Source: Eledone cirrhosa (taxonomy: Eukaryota). Taken from it: a DNA stretch of 64,000 nucleotides. Shown piece after piece: positions 14,600-28,899 of the stretch. The stretch is from positions 21,452,001 to 21,516,000 of the forward strand of contig OZ024747.1 in assembly GCA_964016885.1 (NCBI GenBank), written 5' to 3'. The translations under genes and the position numbers were made by a program. Every line of letters begins with the position of its first letter. The first letter of the stretch is position 1. The notes beneath the pieces are model-generated. The model was not told where the DNA came from. It did no database searches and saw only the letters and a list, made by a program, of their open reading frames with translations.

Positions 14600-14972
14600 T
14601 ACATATATATATATATATTGACCATGTACGTAATTACTCATCTTTTTTCCATTTCTTTATGTGATAGTCATATCATGTGGTAGTCATATCATCATAATAA
14701 AAAGCATCCAGTCCAGCTTGTCATGTGGGAGTGTTCGTGCCATGATAAAACACATCTTGTACATACTGTAAAGTGCATTAAAAAGGGCACTCGGCCATAG
14801 AAACCATGCCAAAAATGGAACATGTGAGTGAGGGCCTGGTCATCTGACCAGTTAGTAGTCTGAGTGATCTAACTCTTCAAAACCCCATTCATAAGTAACA
14901 GTTTTTGATATTGAAGCCATGTGGGTTGTTGCATTGTCATGAAGAAGCAAAGTATTCATAAGACATATGTGC

Positions 14973-15096
<124 letters not shown>

Positions 15097-15104
15097 GTAT
15101 GTGT

Positions 15105-15423
15105 ATATACCTTGTTCTTCTTTTTGGTAAATATCATCTTGGTTAAGAAAGTGGGACTGGCTTTGTGCAGTGCCTTTGCTCACTATAAAAGCTTCACGGC
15201 ACAGGCATTGCTTTATATCTGGAGATCTCTCTGCTCTTGTCGTCACATGGTACCATGGTTCCAGCACTATGTGTCAATAATTGTCATGAGTGTAGTGTTT
15301 GTACCAGAGTTTTCAAGTCGCTGGCTGGACTAAAAATTCACACTCGTTCAGCGCATCGGTAGGGGTTCTCCTACATGGATATAAAGTAGTAGCCGTACTC
15401 GAAAATGAGTTGGCAGCCACCAC
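15105..15423 (+). mobile_element. RTE/BovB-like LINE 3' fragment
   Basis: Encodes [26 protein letters not shown]; homologous to 4525-4742. Confidence 0.65.
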
Positions 15424-15457
<34 letters not shown>

Positions 15458-15560
15458 GTGGGAAATCAAAACAAGCTATTTTTGCGAGCAATGAACCTTG
15501 ACGTGGATTTAACCCCAAAAACTCTTTCCGGGCAATGTAAGGAACACTTTTGATTATTTA

Positions 15561-15600
15561 TGCCCTTGAGAAGCCCAACTGGGCGAAACGTACGTAGATG
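15561..15600 (+). ncRNA. Minimal hammerhead, U3:A8 core variant (weak stem I)
   Basis: TTGAGAA-GCCCAacTGGGC-GAAAC-GTAC-GTA with a palindromic stem III loop; AATAAA about 13 nt downstream. Confidence 0.6.
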
Positions 15601-15737
15601 CTGTTTTAAATAAACATGTTTTAACGGTCTATTCTCCGATTTCTTACTTTCCCACGTGCTTACGCTCTGCTAACTCTCTAGCCCACTAAATATTAACACT
15701 TCGAATATTTAATACTGCCGGCACTAGTATCGAGCAC

Positions 15738-16487
15738 ATGAAGGAAACAAGCAAAGGTATTAGGTATAAATAAATACTGTATAGCAAAGGTATCATATAA
15801 AATAACACAGGTATACAAGCATATCAAGCAAAGGTGTTATTGTATTAAATTTATGGTGGATGTAATGTGATGATTGTTTCTGTAGGGTTCAAATGTGTAT
15901 GTGTTGAGAGTATCAAAGTTATTGTTATCTTTTCCATTATATATGTTAAATTATATTTTAGTTAATGAAACAATCATCACATTACATCCACCATAATTTT
16001 AATACAATAACACCTTTGCTTGATATGCTTGTATACCTGTGTTATTTTATGTGATACCTTTGCCATACAGTATTTATTTATGCCTAATACCTTTGCTTGT
16101 TTCCTTCATATATATGACTAACACACGCGCACTCTCTACACGCTTGCATATGTACTGCTAGTGTCCTCATTCTCCCTCAATGCCTCTTTAATTATTAGAC
16201 TATTCCCTTGTATTATCTGTCACATGTATTCCACTCTGTGCTTTTAATTTTAATTTGAATTATTGTACAATTCTCATATAATCTATGTCGCATCCATTCC
16301 ACCCTGTAAATACTAAACTGTTGTTCACAACATCAATATATATGTATCCATATGATTGTTCAGATGAATAGGAGCTTAATTATATGTACAAACATTGTTA
16401 ATGCTCCGATGACTCCAAACGAAAGTTTAGAAAAAACGATTGTCAGCAATAAAATGATTTGAACATAACTTTGATAATTGTGTAATT
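15738..16487 (+). mobile_element. PLE-like fold-back with downstream degenerate hammerhead
   Basis: Arms 15738-15880 / 15967-16109. TGCT-CCGATGA...AAAAC-GATT-GTC-AGCA at 16402-16448, then AATAAA; ends at (TA)n. The 3' half of the same motif recurs at about 59455-59478(-). Confidence 0.6.
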
Positions 16488-16508
16488 TATATATATATAT
16501 ATATAAAG

Positions 16509-16591
<83 letters not shown>

Positions 16592-16645
16592 GCAACGGGT
16601 CACTTTGTGGCTCAATGAAGAGTTAATAAATTAAATAATCAGAGC

Positions 16646-17015
16646 TATATATCATAAAACATGTCTATAGAATCACCAGATAAAATATATACCATTTCCT
16701 CTCCCAATTAACATAATTAACCATAAAAAAAATCGATTAGACCAAGCTATAAGAATAAAGGCTTCTATGAAGAAATCTCCGACAGATATCTGACTGTATA
16801 CCTGAGCGATTCATACACGCTGTCGTAATACTCGATAAATATTCCGTCGCAACCGACGCGAAGGGCTGCTTTCGGTTATTTGTCGGAGATTTCTTCATAG
16901 AACCCTTTATTCTTATAGCTTGGTCTAATCGATTTTTTTTATGGTTAATTATGCTAATTGGGAGAGGAAATGGTATATATTTTATCTGGTGATTCTATAG
17001 ACATGTTTTATGATA
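16646..17015. repeat. About 140-bp inverted repeat with about 90-bp spacer
   Basis: 16646-16788 pairs with 16877-17015; a diverged homologue lies at about 42323-42560. No hammerhead core recognised. Confidence 0.85.
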
Positions 17016-17146
17016 TATATATATATATATATATATCTTTTAACAAATTCCTTTTCTATCAACCAATGACCTACACCCATCCCACTCCCCACCCTCTCCT
17101 ACCACTTGTAGAGACCTATAAATACCATATTTATTTTTTGATACCC

Positions 17147-17197
17147 AGATTCCTGATGATTTCTAAAGAATGAAACAGTTCTAGTCCTGTAGAATCT
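17147..17197 (+). ncRNA. Type-I hammerhead ribozyme downstream of a TATA box
   Basis: TATAAATA at 17117-17124, then AGATTC-CTGATGA-tttctaaagaat-GAAA-CAG ttctagtc CTG-TA-GAATCT. Confidence 0.8.
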
Positions 17198-17230
17198 CAT
17201 CTATCTATATATATATATATATATATATAT

Positions 17231-17572
17231 AAAGAAAAAGGGATGAAATCGAAAATGCAACTGAAGTCTTATTTTTTTAAAAAATATATATATTTATTTG
17301 GTTCCTTTACCGGTTTCGCAGTTCTTCTGCTTTTCAAAAGGTGAGTTGAGATGGAGGGTCTGTGGTTTTGAGAAAAACCACAGACCCTCCATCTCAACTC
17401 ACCTTTTGAAAAGCAGAAGAACTGCGAAACCGGTAAAGGAACCAAATAAATATATATATTTTTTAAAAAAATAAGACTTCAGTTGCATTTTCGATTTCAT
17501 CCCTTTTTCTTTATACTTCCACTCGTGTAGGGGACACCTCGGTTATTTTTCATTTTGTAAAAAAAACCTCAC

Positions 17573-17580
<8 letters not shown>
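17231..17580 (+). mobile_element. PLE-like fold-back pseudo-LTR in (TA)n
   Basis: Near-perfect arms 17231-17369 / 17374-17512 plus about 68-nt tail; second copy at 31413-31723. Confidence 0.85.
17402..17439 (+). ncRNA. Minimal hammerhead, U3:A8 covariant
   Basis: CCTT-TTGAAAA-GCAGaagaaCTGC-GAAAC-CG-GTA-AAGG; palindromic ACCGGT stem III; AATAAA at 17445. Confidence 0.75.
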
Positions 17581-17610
<30 letters not shown>

Positions 17611-17614
<4 letters not shown>

Positions 17615-17857
17615 GAGGCACATGGCCTAGTGGTAAGGGTGTTGGACTTACGATCATAATGTCATGGGTTCTGTTCCTAGGGTGCGTGTTGTATTCTTGA
17701 GCAAAACACTTCATTTCACGTTGCTCCCATATACTCAACTGAAAACCCTGCGATGGACTGGCGTCCTGTCCAGGGGTAGTTTTGTACTTTCAGTCGCTTC
17801 ACGTCATGAAACCGGGATATGACCCTTCTGGCTTAAGACAGACTGTAGACTTTTTTT
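17611..17857 (+). mobile_element. tRNA-derived SINE
   Basis: GGAGGCACATGGCCTAGTGGTAAGGG head, TTGAGCAAAACACTTCATTTCAC core, ends in a T-run. Confidence 0.75.
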
Positions 17858-18211
17858 AGATGTACATATATATATGTGTGTAAAAGGTAAACAGAAATAA
17901 CAACATAAACAGTATGGTATATGGAAGGAATATACTACTTTATACATATACATAAATACTACCATTAAGATAGCATGTTTATACTATGGGTATGTCTGAA
18001 TTAATGATTATCTATGCAGCGTAACTTTATACATCTAAACACCTGCTTCTATGCATCTATGTATTCAACAGACATATTGATATTTTGATTGTATTCACAT
18101 GCATGCTCACACAGACACATATAGTCACATACATACACATCTACACACCAATGTAGAAACATATATACATGCAATTATATATGTGTGTGGATATATATAT
18201 ATATATGTGTG

Positions 18212-18339
<128 letters not shown>

Positions 18340-18391
18340 TATATATATACATATATGTATACATATATATATATACATATATGTATACACA

Positions 18392-18427
<36 letters not shown>

Positions 18428-18438
18428 CATATATGTAT

Positions 18439-18474
<36 letters not shown>

Positions 18475-18504
18475 TATATATATGTGTGTGTGTGTGTATA
18501 TATA

Positions 18505-18599
18505 CCAGACAGTCCTATGCGAGCAAGACAACCACTCTTGCCTCAAGTGGGAAAACTCCCGTCCAAACCCATGCAAGCGTGGAACATGGACGTTAAACG

Positions 18600-18661
<62 letters not shown>
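18505..18661 (+). mobile_element. RTE 3'UTR terminal fragment with (GAT)n tail
   Basis: Matches the 3' end of the RTE at 48486-49310. Further stubs at 22652-22793(+), 23052-23177(-), 24205-24378(-), 25360-25487(-), 36267-36398(+), 45549-45953(+) and 59192-59363(+). Confidence 0.85.
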
Positions 18662-19193
18662 ATATATATACACACACACATATATGTATATATATATATA
18701 GATAGATATATAGATATATGCAACATACACAAATTTTACTGAGAAATATACACATGTGCATACCATGCACATAATCACACTTTTGTATTATTCCTATTTC
18801 TCAAGACCCACAAATGTAGGACATATTCCTACATACATATATTGTATTGTGTGTGTGCATGTATTTATATGTTTGTATATATATATATATATATATGCAT
18901 ATATGTATATATGTATAAATTAAAATGTATGCTTGGAAGCAAAGTATTTGCAGAGCCAGGAAGAATTTAGTACTGCTTGGTGCATCAAGTGAAACATGGA
19001 TTAGTGTTACACATAGTAACTATTTCCGTGACACTAGAATATTCTAGCAACACATTTCCAATGTCTTCTTAAAGATAAACACAATGAACTTACTTACTTT
19101 TATAACTCTTTACCTACTTTGTTCTTTTCACATCCTTCTTCTTATTATTATTGATTTCTCTCAGGGAAAAAAGGAGAGAGCGAGAGAGAGAGA

Positions 19194-19266
<73 letters not shown>

Positions 19267-19951
19267 TTAGTTTTGGAATGTTATTTGAAAAGGAAAATCA
19301 GGGTAGAGAGGGAAGTGCTCTCTTCCCAACATTTTGTTGAAAGATGGGTGAGAGAGGCAAGAATGGCCCGAGTGAATGGGCCTACTCTGAGTATGTGTCT
19401 GTAAATTAAAGGTGGAAAACTGGGAGAGGGCACTTGCCCTGGTGGTCAGGGTCACTGGTGGCTTTTTAATGGGCTTTCTCCACAAATGTCCCTCGGAAGT
19501 CACCCCCCCCCCCCTATTGGGGAATTTTTCATTGTTATTTTTTATTACATGCTCTGTTTTTTTTTTTACACGCAGAAATGCCCATTTGTACCGTCCTATA
19601 TTGTCCTGTACTGTCCTTAATGTCTACTTTATGTAAACCCTTGTGGTTAATAAAGAAAGCATTATTATTATTATTATTATTAACTTTGCCTTTCATCCTT
19701 ACGGGGTCGATAAAATAAAGTACCAGTAATACACTGGGTAATTGCTGGCCTTGTGCCTAACGTAGAAACAATTATTATTATTATTATTATCCTCCTCCTC
19801 CTCCACCTCCTCCTCCACCTCCTCCTCCTCCTCCACCTCCACCTCCACCTCCTCCTACACCTCCTCCTCCATTCAAATTCAGCCATGGTCAACTTTGACT
19901 GTCAATAAATAAATTAACATTCCAAAACTAACTTTCTCTCTCTCTCTCCCC

Positions 19952-20007
<56 letters not shown>

Positions 20008-20094
20008 TTTTTCCCTGGAAGAAATCACCTGTGTCCAGATCTGGAGAGAGAGATGTTCTTTGCCACCAAGTTTAAATACCCAAGCCATGGCACC

Positions 20095-20600
20095 CCTATG
20101 GTGGTGGTGGTGATGGTGGTGGTGGTGATGGTGGTGATGGTGATGGTGATGGTGATGGTAATGATACTGGTGGTGGTGATGGGGATGATGGTGCTGGTGC
20201 TGGTGGTGGCGGTGATGGTGATGGTAATGATACTGGTGGTGGCGATGGTGATGGGGATGATGGTGCTGGTGGTGGCGGTGATGGTGATGGTAACGATACT
20301 GGTGGTGGCGATGGTGATGGGGATGATGGTGCTGGTGCTGGTGGTGGTGGTGATGATGGTGCTGGTGCTGGTGGTGGTGGCGATGGTGATGGGGATGATG
20401 GTGCTGGTGCTGGTGCTGGTGGTGATGGTGGTGGTGATGGTGGTGGTGGTGGTGGTGATGGTGATGATGGTGCTGGTGGTGGTGGCGATGGTGATGGTGA
20501 TGATGGTGCTGGTGCTGGTGGTGATGGTGGTGGTGATGGTGGTGGTGATGGTGGTGGTGATGGTAATCATGTTGGTGGTGTTGATGGTGGCAATGATGAT
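20095..20600. repeat. (GGT/GAT)n compound trinucleotide repeat
   Basis: Source of the poly-His/Val/Thr spurious ORFs. Confidence 0.9.
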
Positions 20601-20689
20601 ATGTTGAAAAGCGTCTCAAAAATTTACTCCTGGGTCAAAAAACTAGCAAACACACTCACAGACGCATGCACCCCCCCCCCACACACACA

Positions 20690-22322
20690 GACACACACGT
20701 AACCATAGCTACACATGCACAAACAAACTCACACACACCAACTGACACACATATACGCCCACATGCACACATTCACACACACACATATATACACATGTAC
20801 ACATGTACAGGGCAGAACTGTTAAATAATAACCACACACACACACACCCACGCATACACACGTAACCATAACTACACATGCACAAACAAACTCACACACA
20901 CCCACTAACACACACATACGCCCACATGCACACATTCACACACACATATATACACATGTACACATGTAGAGGGCAGAACTGTTAAATAATAACCACACAC
21001 ACACACACACACACCCACGCACACACACGTAACCATAACGACACATGCACAAACAAACTCACACACACCCACTAACACACACATATGCCCACATGCACAC
21101 ATTCACACACACATATATACACATGTACACATGTAGAGGGCAGAACTGTTAAATAATAACCACACACACACACCCACGCATACACACGTAACCATAACGA
21201 CACATGCACAAACAAACTCACACACACCCACTAACACACACATATGCCTACATGCACACATTCACACACACATATATACACATGTACACATGTAGAGGGC
21301 AGAACTGTTAAATAATAACCACACACACACACCCACGCATACACACGTAACCATAACTACACATGCACAAACAAACTCACACACACCCACTAACACACAC
21401 ATATGCCCACATGCACACATTCACACACACATATATACACATGTACACATGTAGAGGGCAGAACTGTTAAATAATAACCACACACACACACCCACGCATA
21501 CACACGTAACCATAACTACACATGCACAAACAAACTCACACACACCCACTAACACACACATATGCCCACATGCACACATTCACACACACATATATACACA
21601 TGTACACATGTAGAGGGCAGAACTGTTAAATAATAACCACACACACACACCCACGCATACACACGTAACCATAACTACACATGCACAAACAAACTCACAC
21701 ACACCCACTAACACACACATATGCCCACATGCACACATTCACACACACACATATATACACATGTACACATGTAGAGGGCAGAACTGTTAAATAATAACCA
21801 CACACACACACCCACGCATACACACGTAACCATAACTACACATGCACAAACAAACTCACACACACCCACTAACACACACATATGCCCACATGCACACATT
21901 CACACACACATATATACACATGTACACATGTAGAGGGCAGAACTGTTAAATAATAACCACACACACACACGCACACACACGTAACCATAACTACACATGC
22001 ACAAACAAACTCACACACACCCACTAACACACATATACGCCCACATGCACACATTCACACACACACATATATACACATGTACACATGTAGAGGGCAGAAC
22101 TGTTAAATAATAACCACCCACACACACCTACTAACACACATATATGCCCACATGCACACATTCACATACACATATATACACATGTACACATGTACAGGGC
22201 AGAACTGTTAAATAATAACCACACACACACACCCACTAACACACACATATGCCCACATGCACACATTCACACACACATATATACACATGTACACATGTAC
22301 AGGGCAGAACTGTTAAATAATA
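20690..22322. repeat. About 160-bp CA-rich tandem satellite (about 9 full and 2 short units)
   Basis: AGGGCAGAACTGTTAAATAATAACC recurs at about 157-167 bp spacing from about 20808 to 22090, then at about 105 bp. Confidence 0.93.
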
Positions 22323-22796
22323 AACTAGAACAAATCATTTGTTCACCCCATCTCTCTTTAACAATAGCCATAACAATAACCACATTTATACCTGAAACAG
22401 CCGATGTAATATATTTCACATTAGGAATAATGACAAATGCATTAAAAGTATTAAGCGATCAGAATATATTTTACATAATTAATGACAACACTGGGCAGTG
22501 AAAACATATCAGTAATGCAGATAAGCAATATGTTGATTGGCTATAAAACTCCTCCTGTTACCAATTAAATGAATATATAAGTATATATATATATATACAG
22601 TATATATATATATACAGTATATATATACAGTATATATATACAGTATATATAAGGGCATCCAGCTGTAGAAAACCTGCCAGACAGTCCTATGCGAGCAAGA
22701 CAACCACTCTTGCCTCAAGTGGGAAAATTCCCGTCTAAACCCATGCAAGCGTGGAACATGGACGTTAAACGATGATGATGATGATGATGATGATAA

Positions 22797-22827
<31 letters not shown>

Positions 22828-22830
<3 letters not shown>

Positions 22831-23038
22831 ATAATAATAAATTTGAAGACTAAAATCCAAAGAGAGCTCGATAAGGATAAATATATATCAAATATATAAG
22901 AACCATAGAGCAAATATTTATTATAATAACAGATTAAAGTTAAATAACAGATTAAATAACAGAGTTTCAGAAGATCCCGTTAAGGGTGAAAGCAGCGATT
23001 CTTTGCTTTAACTTTAATCTGTTATTTTAATAAATATA
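22828..23038 (+). mobile_element. PLE-like fragment with short fold-back and degenerate hammerhead
   Basis: AGTTT-CAGAAGA-tCCCgttaaGGGt-GAAA-GCA..TGC-TT-TAACT at 22963-23013. The homologue at 63190-63345 has the stem I partner AAACT. Confidence 0.55.
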
Positions 23039-23230
23039 TATATATGTATATATCATCATCATCATCATCATCAGGTTTAGCGTCCGTGTTCCACGCTTGC
23101 ATGGGTTTGGACGGGGGTTTTCCCACTTGAGGCAAGAGTGGTTGTCTTGCTCGCATAGGACTGTCTGGCGGGTTTTCATATATATATATATATATATAAC
23201 CCATGCTATCATGGAAGAGAGACGTTAAAC

Positions 23231-23266
<36 letters not shown>

Positions 23267-23569
23267 ACATATCTGTGCATATGTGTGCATATGTATATAT
23301 GTGCCTGGATGCATATTATATATATATATACATATATATATGTATACAATATATTAATAAATGGAAACTATATTTATAAAACCATATTTATTTTATTATA
23401 CATATTTCAAGGGCAACCAAGGCAAATTATGGTGCGCTTTCATCAGATAAAATACAGATTTGTTTTATAAATAAATATTGACATACCCGGAAAAAAAGAC
23501 AACCTCAACGGTTGAAGCTTCCTGGATAGTATATATATATATATATATCATCACCATTTAACATATATC

Positions 23570-23972
23570 ATCATCATCACCATCACCGTTTTTACGTCCG
23601 TTCCTTCACACTAGCATGGGTTAGACGGGTTGTCCTGTTGTGGGCAGTGTCTGGTCGGCTGACAATGCCTTGCTCATACAGGAACTGATCTGGCTTGATT
23701 TCTACAGCTGGATGCCCTTCCTAACACCAACCTCATTTACAGTAAGTGCTGGGTGCTTTTTCGTGGCGCCTACACGTCCACTTTACAGTGTGGGATGGGT
23801 GCTTTTTTGCCGTGGCGGGTGTGGGGGCATATTGTCTATATGCTTCAGCTTGTACCCATGGGAGGTCGGGTACTCTGTATTACTGCGTGACGCCAGAAGT
23901 CACGGTCGTGTGTCATCGCCTTTGAGAGGTGTAATTGGGTAAAGTCGGCTTTTATCACCTCATCCCAGGTCA
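23570..23972 (-). mobile_element. RTE LINE (family B) 3' fragment
   Basis: TWDEVIKADFTQLHLSKAMTHDRDFWR plus a 3'UTR homologous to 37597-38030. Confidence 0.85.
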
Positions 23973-24494
23973 TATCATCATCATCATCATCATCATCATC
24001 GTTTAACGTCCATGTTCCACGCTTGCATGGGTTTGGACGTATATATATATACATATAACTGTGTGTATGTGTGCATATGTATATATGTGCCTGTATGCAT
24101 ATTATATATATATCATCATCTTTTAACATATATATATATGTATATATATATACACATATATATATCTGTGTTTATGTGTGCATATGTATGCATATATGCT
24201 TGTATGCATCATCATCATCATCATTTGACATCTATCTTCCACGCTAGTATGGGTTAGACAGGAATTGTCCCACTTGAGACAAGATTGATCGGGTGACCAT
24301 GTCTTGCTCATATAGAACTATATCTAGCAGGATTTCTATGGCTGGATGCCCTTCCTAACACCACCCACATTTACAGTGTGTGTGTATGGTGTGTACATAT
24401 GTATATATGTGCCTGTATGCATCTATGCATATTATATATATATATATATATGTAGTCTTCCTTATTTGTGCTGTTTCTGCTATTGAATTTTAAT

Positions 24495-24544
24495 TCTTGT
24501 CTGATGACACTGTGATAAGCAGGTGATACTCTGGAGTAACAAGA
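24495..24544 (+). ncRNA. Hammerhead with a single core substitution (GAAA>GATA)
   Basis: TCTTGT-CTGATGA-cACTGtgataagCAGGT-GATA-CTCtgGAG-TA-ACAAGA; perfect 6-bp stem I; AATAAA at about 24561. Confidence 0.65.
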
Positions 24545-25009
24545 CTCAATATTTAGCCTTAATAAAATGAATATTTAAACTCTACTTTGCTATGAAGTAC
24601 TCTTTTCTCTCACCTGTCAACTACATATGGATTAGTGATAACCCCTGCTAGCATGGAAAAAATGGACATTAAATGGTGATGATGATGATGATGATGATGA
24701 GGATGATATATGTGTGTCTGTGTGTAGGATATCGATAAATAAAAGGTCAAGGAAAACAATGCTCAATCTATTGCAAGAGAGCTTATTTAGTATAAAGTTT
24801 CATACACTTAATATGTATGTACAACCATTGGTTTTGAGGTCCAGTTATGGCCCCCATTGTATAGTGGAGGCTGCTCTTCTAACATGGCCCCTTTTTTTTC
24901 TTTATATTTTTCATATTTTTGTCTGCATGTCCAGTGAGGGGTCTAGTTGGAAGAGTCTACTCCATTGGATTCTAAAGAAATTGAGAATACACATGGTTTA
25001 TATATATCG

Positions 25010-25197
25010 ACAGTCGATCGACTTTTGTCAGATCAGACCGGGGAAGCAATGTTTCCGTTGGTCCTTCCAATTGCTAGTACTATCTATCAGTTGCAACTCC
25101 AGGTAGAGGGAGCAACGTGAAATAAAATGTCTTCCTCAAAGACATAACACATCACCCAGTCCGGAAATCGAACTCACAACCCCACGATTGTGAATCC
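25010..25197 (-). mobile_element. tRNA-derived SINE
   Basis: Reverse-complement homologue of 44778-44992. Confidence 0.75.
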
Positions 25198-25900
25198 AGT
25201 TCTAGTCCTGTACAAGCCATTTCTATATTAAACATTTATACTCTACTATGTATTGAGTACCTTACTTACTATGGTTACCCACAATTAATCCAGGATACAT
25301 ATATAAATATATATATATATATATACCCCCAATTAACCCAGGATACATATATATATATATCATCATCATCATCATCGTTTAACGTCTATCTTCCACACTA
25401 GCATGGGTTAGACAGGAATTGTCCCACTTGAGGCAAGATTGGTCGGGTAACTATGTCTCGCTCATATAGGACTATCAGGAAGGTTTTATATATATATATT
25501 TATATGTAAAAGTTCTATTTAAATTGTTGGGATGCAACAAGCAAATATTTTTATAACTGATATAAAGCACTCAACAAATATTTGGAGTAAAAATACGATA
25601 TTAACAAATGGAAACTATATTTATAAAACCTTATTTATTTCATTATAGATATTTCAATATATATATATATATATACATCATCATCATCATCATCATCATC
25701 ATCGTTTCTTGCATCATGTTTTCATGGGTGTGTTGATTCAAACAGTTTCAACTTAGGCACACAATCACTAGAACTTCAAGGAGTCTTTCATGAAATCAAC
25801 TCCATCACTAACACAATGATACTATTCCCCACCATCACCACCACCACTACCATCATCACCAACATGAAGACTCCATCATCCCTACTATATATATATACAC

Positions 25901-25952
<52 letters not shown>

Positions 25953-25961
<9 letters not shown>

Positions 25962-26485
25962 TAAAAAAATAATGAATAAAACAATGAAACAGTTCCTTAT
26001 ATTAAACAAAAAAAGTTCATTATTTAACGATCGTTTCTAGGATATATATGTGTTAGAATTGGCATGCATATTCAACAGATCTATGTACAAAATTATACAA
26101 AATTATACAAACTATCAAAATTAAATATACATAAATAAATTTCTGAAGACGGCATATATATGTGTTTGGTATGTATATTTAATTTTGATAGTTTGTATAA
26201 TTTTGTATAATTTTGTACATAGATCTGTTGAATATGCATGCCAATTCTAACACATATATATCCTAGAAACGATCGTTAAATAATGAACTTTTTTTGTTTA
26301 ATATAAGGAACTGTTTCATTGTTTTATTCATTATTTTTTTAATATTTTATCTTGACTCTGTATTCCGTTTATCTTTCACCGAAAGTGATTTTTCATTGCA
26401 TCTCTTCTTTCCATGATATCCGGATTACATTGAGTTCTTCATACGGATTGGACACTACCGTAAACTCTTGGTAGATTTATCTACA
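25953..26485 (+). mobile_element. PLE-like fold-back pseudo-LTR in (TA)n
   Basis: Essentially perfect arms 25953-26133 / 26170-26350 plus about 135-nt tail. Confidence 0.85.
26139..26281 (+). ncRNA. Putative hammerhead with about 115-nt stem II
   Basis: ATTT-CTGAAGA-[GGCATATATATGTGTT...AACACATATATATCC]-GAAAC-GATC-GTT-AAAT; base of stem II is imperfect. Confidence 0.6.
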
Positions 26486-26506
26486 TATATATATATATAT
26501 ATATAT

Positions 26507-27165
26507 GAAGCATAAATGAACTAAGTGAGAAATTAGGAATAAGAGGGATCAGATGCTGTTTACTTGAGAGAAGACTACGTTGGTATGGTCACGTGAGGCG
26601 CATGAAAGATGACAGCTGCATAAAAAAGTGTAGGGCGATCAAAATTGATGGTAGTTACGGAGTAGGTAGACCCAGAAAAACCTGGGAAGATCTGATAAAT
26701 TCCAACCTCACACACTTACATCTCTCTAAGACAATGTCTCTGGACCGAGATCTTTGGCGCTACGCAGTAATACAGAAGACCCGCCTTGCCTATGTACAAA
26801 GCGAAACCTACAGTCAGTAGGCACCTCTTGACCAAATATACACCCCAATCCACTACCCCTACCCTATCCTCCCACTCCCACCAACAGCACGAGAAAATGA
26901 GATCGAGATCGTGTAGGTGTCACGACAAAAAACACACAGTCCACGCTGTAATGTGACAGTGTAGGTAACACGGTAAAAAGTTCCCAGTTCCACACTGTAA
27001 ATGTGGTTGGTGTTAGGAAGGGCATCCAGCTGTAGAAAACTTGCCAGATAGTCCTATATGAGCGAGACACGGTCACCCGACCAGCCTTGCCTCAAGCGGG
27101 ACAACTCCCGTCTAACCCATGCTAGCGTGGAAAATGGACGTTAAACGAAGATGATGATGATGATG
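26507..27165 (+). mobile_element. 5'-truncated RTE LINE (family A)
   Basis: RRLRWYGHV.RMKDD...GRPRKTW motif, 3'UTR and (GAT)n tail; flanked by (TA)n. Confidence 0.9.
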
Positions 27166-27166
27166 T

Positions 27167-27259
<93 letters not shown>

Positions 27260-28899
27260 GTATATATCTGTTGTTGGCCCATAAAACCAATGATGTTGAT
27301 ATATAAGTTTATGTGTATATGATGATTCTGATGATATATATGTGTATGTATGTTTATATATGAGTGTGTTTCACTGATGTATATCAGTAAATAATGTAAC
27401 CATTGAGAAAAACAAAACTCTAGACTTCTTTCAATGAATTCCTTTGTAATATTTATTTGATACCAAGTTGGAGACTTACTAAGTAACGGTGGTTGTGGAG
27501 GGGGAATGGAACCCTAAGAGTAGTGATGATGGAGTCTTCATGTTGGTGATAATGGTAGTGGTGGTGGTGGTAGTGGTGATGGTGGGGAATAGTATCATTG
27601 TGTTAGTGATGGAGTTGATTTCATGAAAGTCTCCTTGAATTTCTAGTGATTGTGTGCCTAAGTTGAAATTATTTTAATCAAATCCATGGTAGATTAACAT
27701 ATCCATGCCATGAAAACATATTAAGGCATGATGCAAAAAATGAATATATTCTAAATGCCTTTTTTGCTCTCATTAACTATTACAAATGCACTAAAAACAT
27801 ACCTGTTATAACAAACAAGAGGAAAGCAGTTCATGCAATTTATTATTCACAATATAATTATCAACAATTGAAATTGTAGTAAGGATACAAACAAGGTTAT
27901 TAAAATGGGTCACATTAGAATAACACTTTCACATAATCTGAACATATATCCACAAGTAGATTCATTACATAACATATCACATAGTTTGATTTGAGCAGAA
28001 TACATCCTTTGATACAAACAAGCATATTATAATCCTGTACAACTCTTCAATACAATATATCCTCACCATTGCATCATCGTTTGTAGATTCACCTTTCCAT
28101 GCTGGCATAAATTTGGACTGGGTAATTTCAGACAATGTTTCACAGCTGGATGTCATTCCTGATAGCAACCTTTTCAGTCACCTCATATGATAAACAGCGA
28201 CATAGGGTGTGCCTATTCTAAAAACCATATGGTGTGCCTATTCTAAAAACTATATATATGGGGAGGTGGGATTTATTCTCCTCTGTACATCACTTACTCA
28301 CTGTGTCTTCAATCTCCATGAGTTTAACTGACCAATTCACCCTTTGTCTCACATTGTTGGATTTAAATATCAAACATTTCTTTATTTTTGTATTTTGTCT
28401 TTGCAATGTAATTTCACGTAAGTTTTATTTTGTTTTAGTTCACTTATTTTATTATTCATGTCTGCATTTTGTAATGTATTTTCATCTCATTCCTCATCCC
28501 AGAGTTGACTGAATGGTTTTAATTGTAGCACCACCATTACCACTGTACACAGTGGACAGGGTGCTTTTTGACATATCAGCAGCACAACCACCTTACATGG
28601 GGGACTGGGCACTTTTTGTCATGTCACCAGGTGAACACTTTTTGTCATGTCAGAGGGTGAACTGAGAGCCTCTTGTCATGTCACCAACACAACCACCTTA
28701 CAGAGTGGATTGAGCAGTATTGTGAATGCTTGTATGCAGGGGTTGAACAGGACAGGAGAGGGACCTCAGGCGTGTGGAAGATGGAGAGGGGAAGTTAAAC
28801 TTGAATGATGTGTAGTATATTTAGTTGGTGACAATGAAGTATTAAGAGTGGGAAGGGCTAGTGTCATTCACATGTTTGTTTCCTCCTGTGCACACGAGA

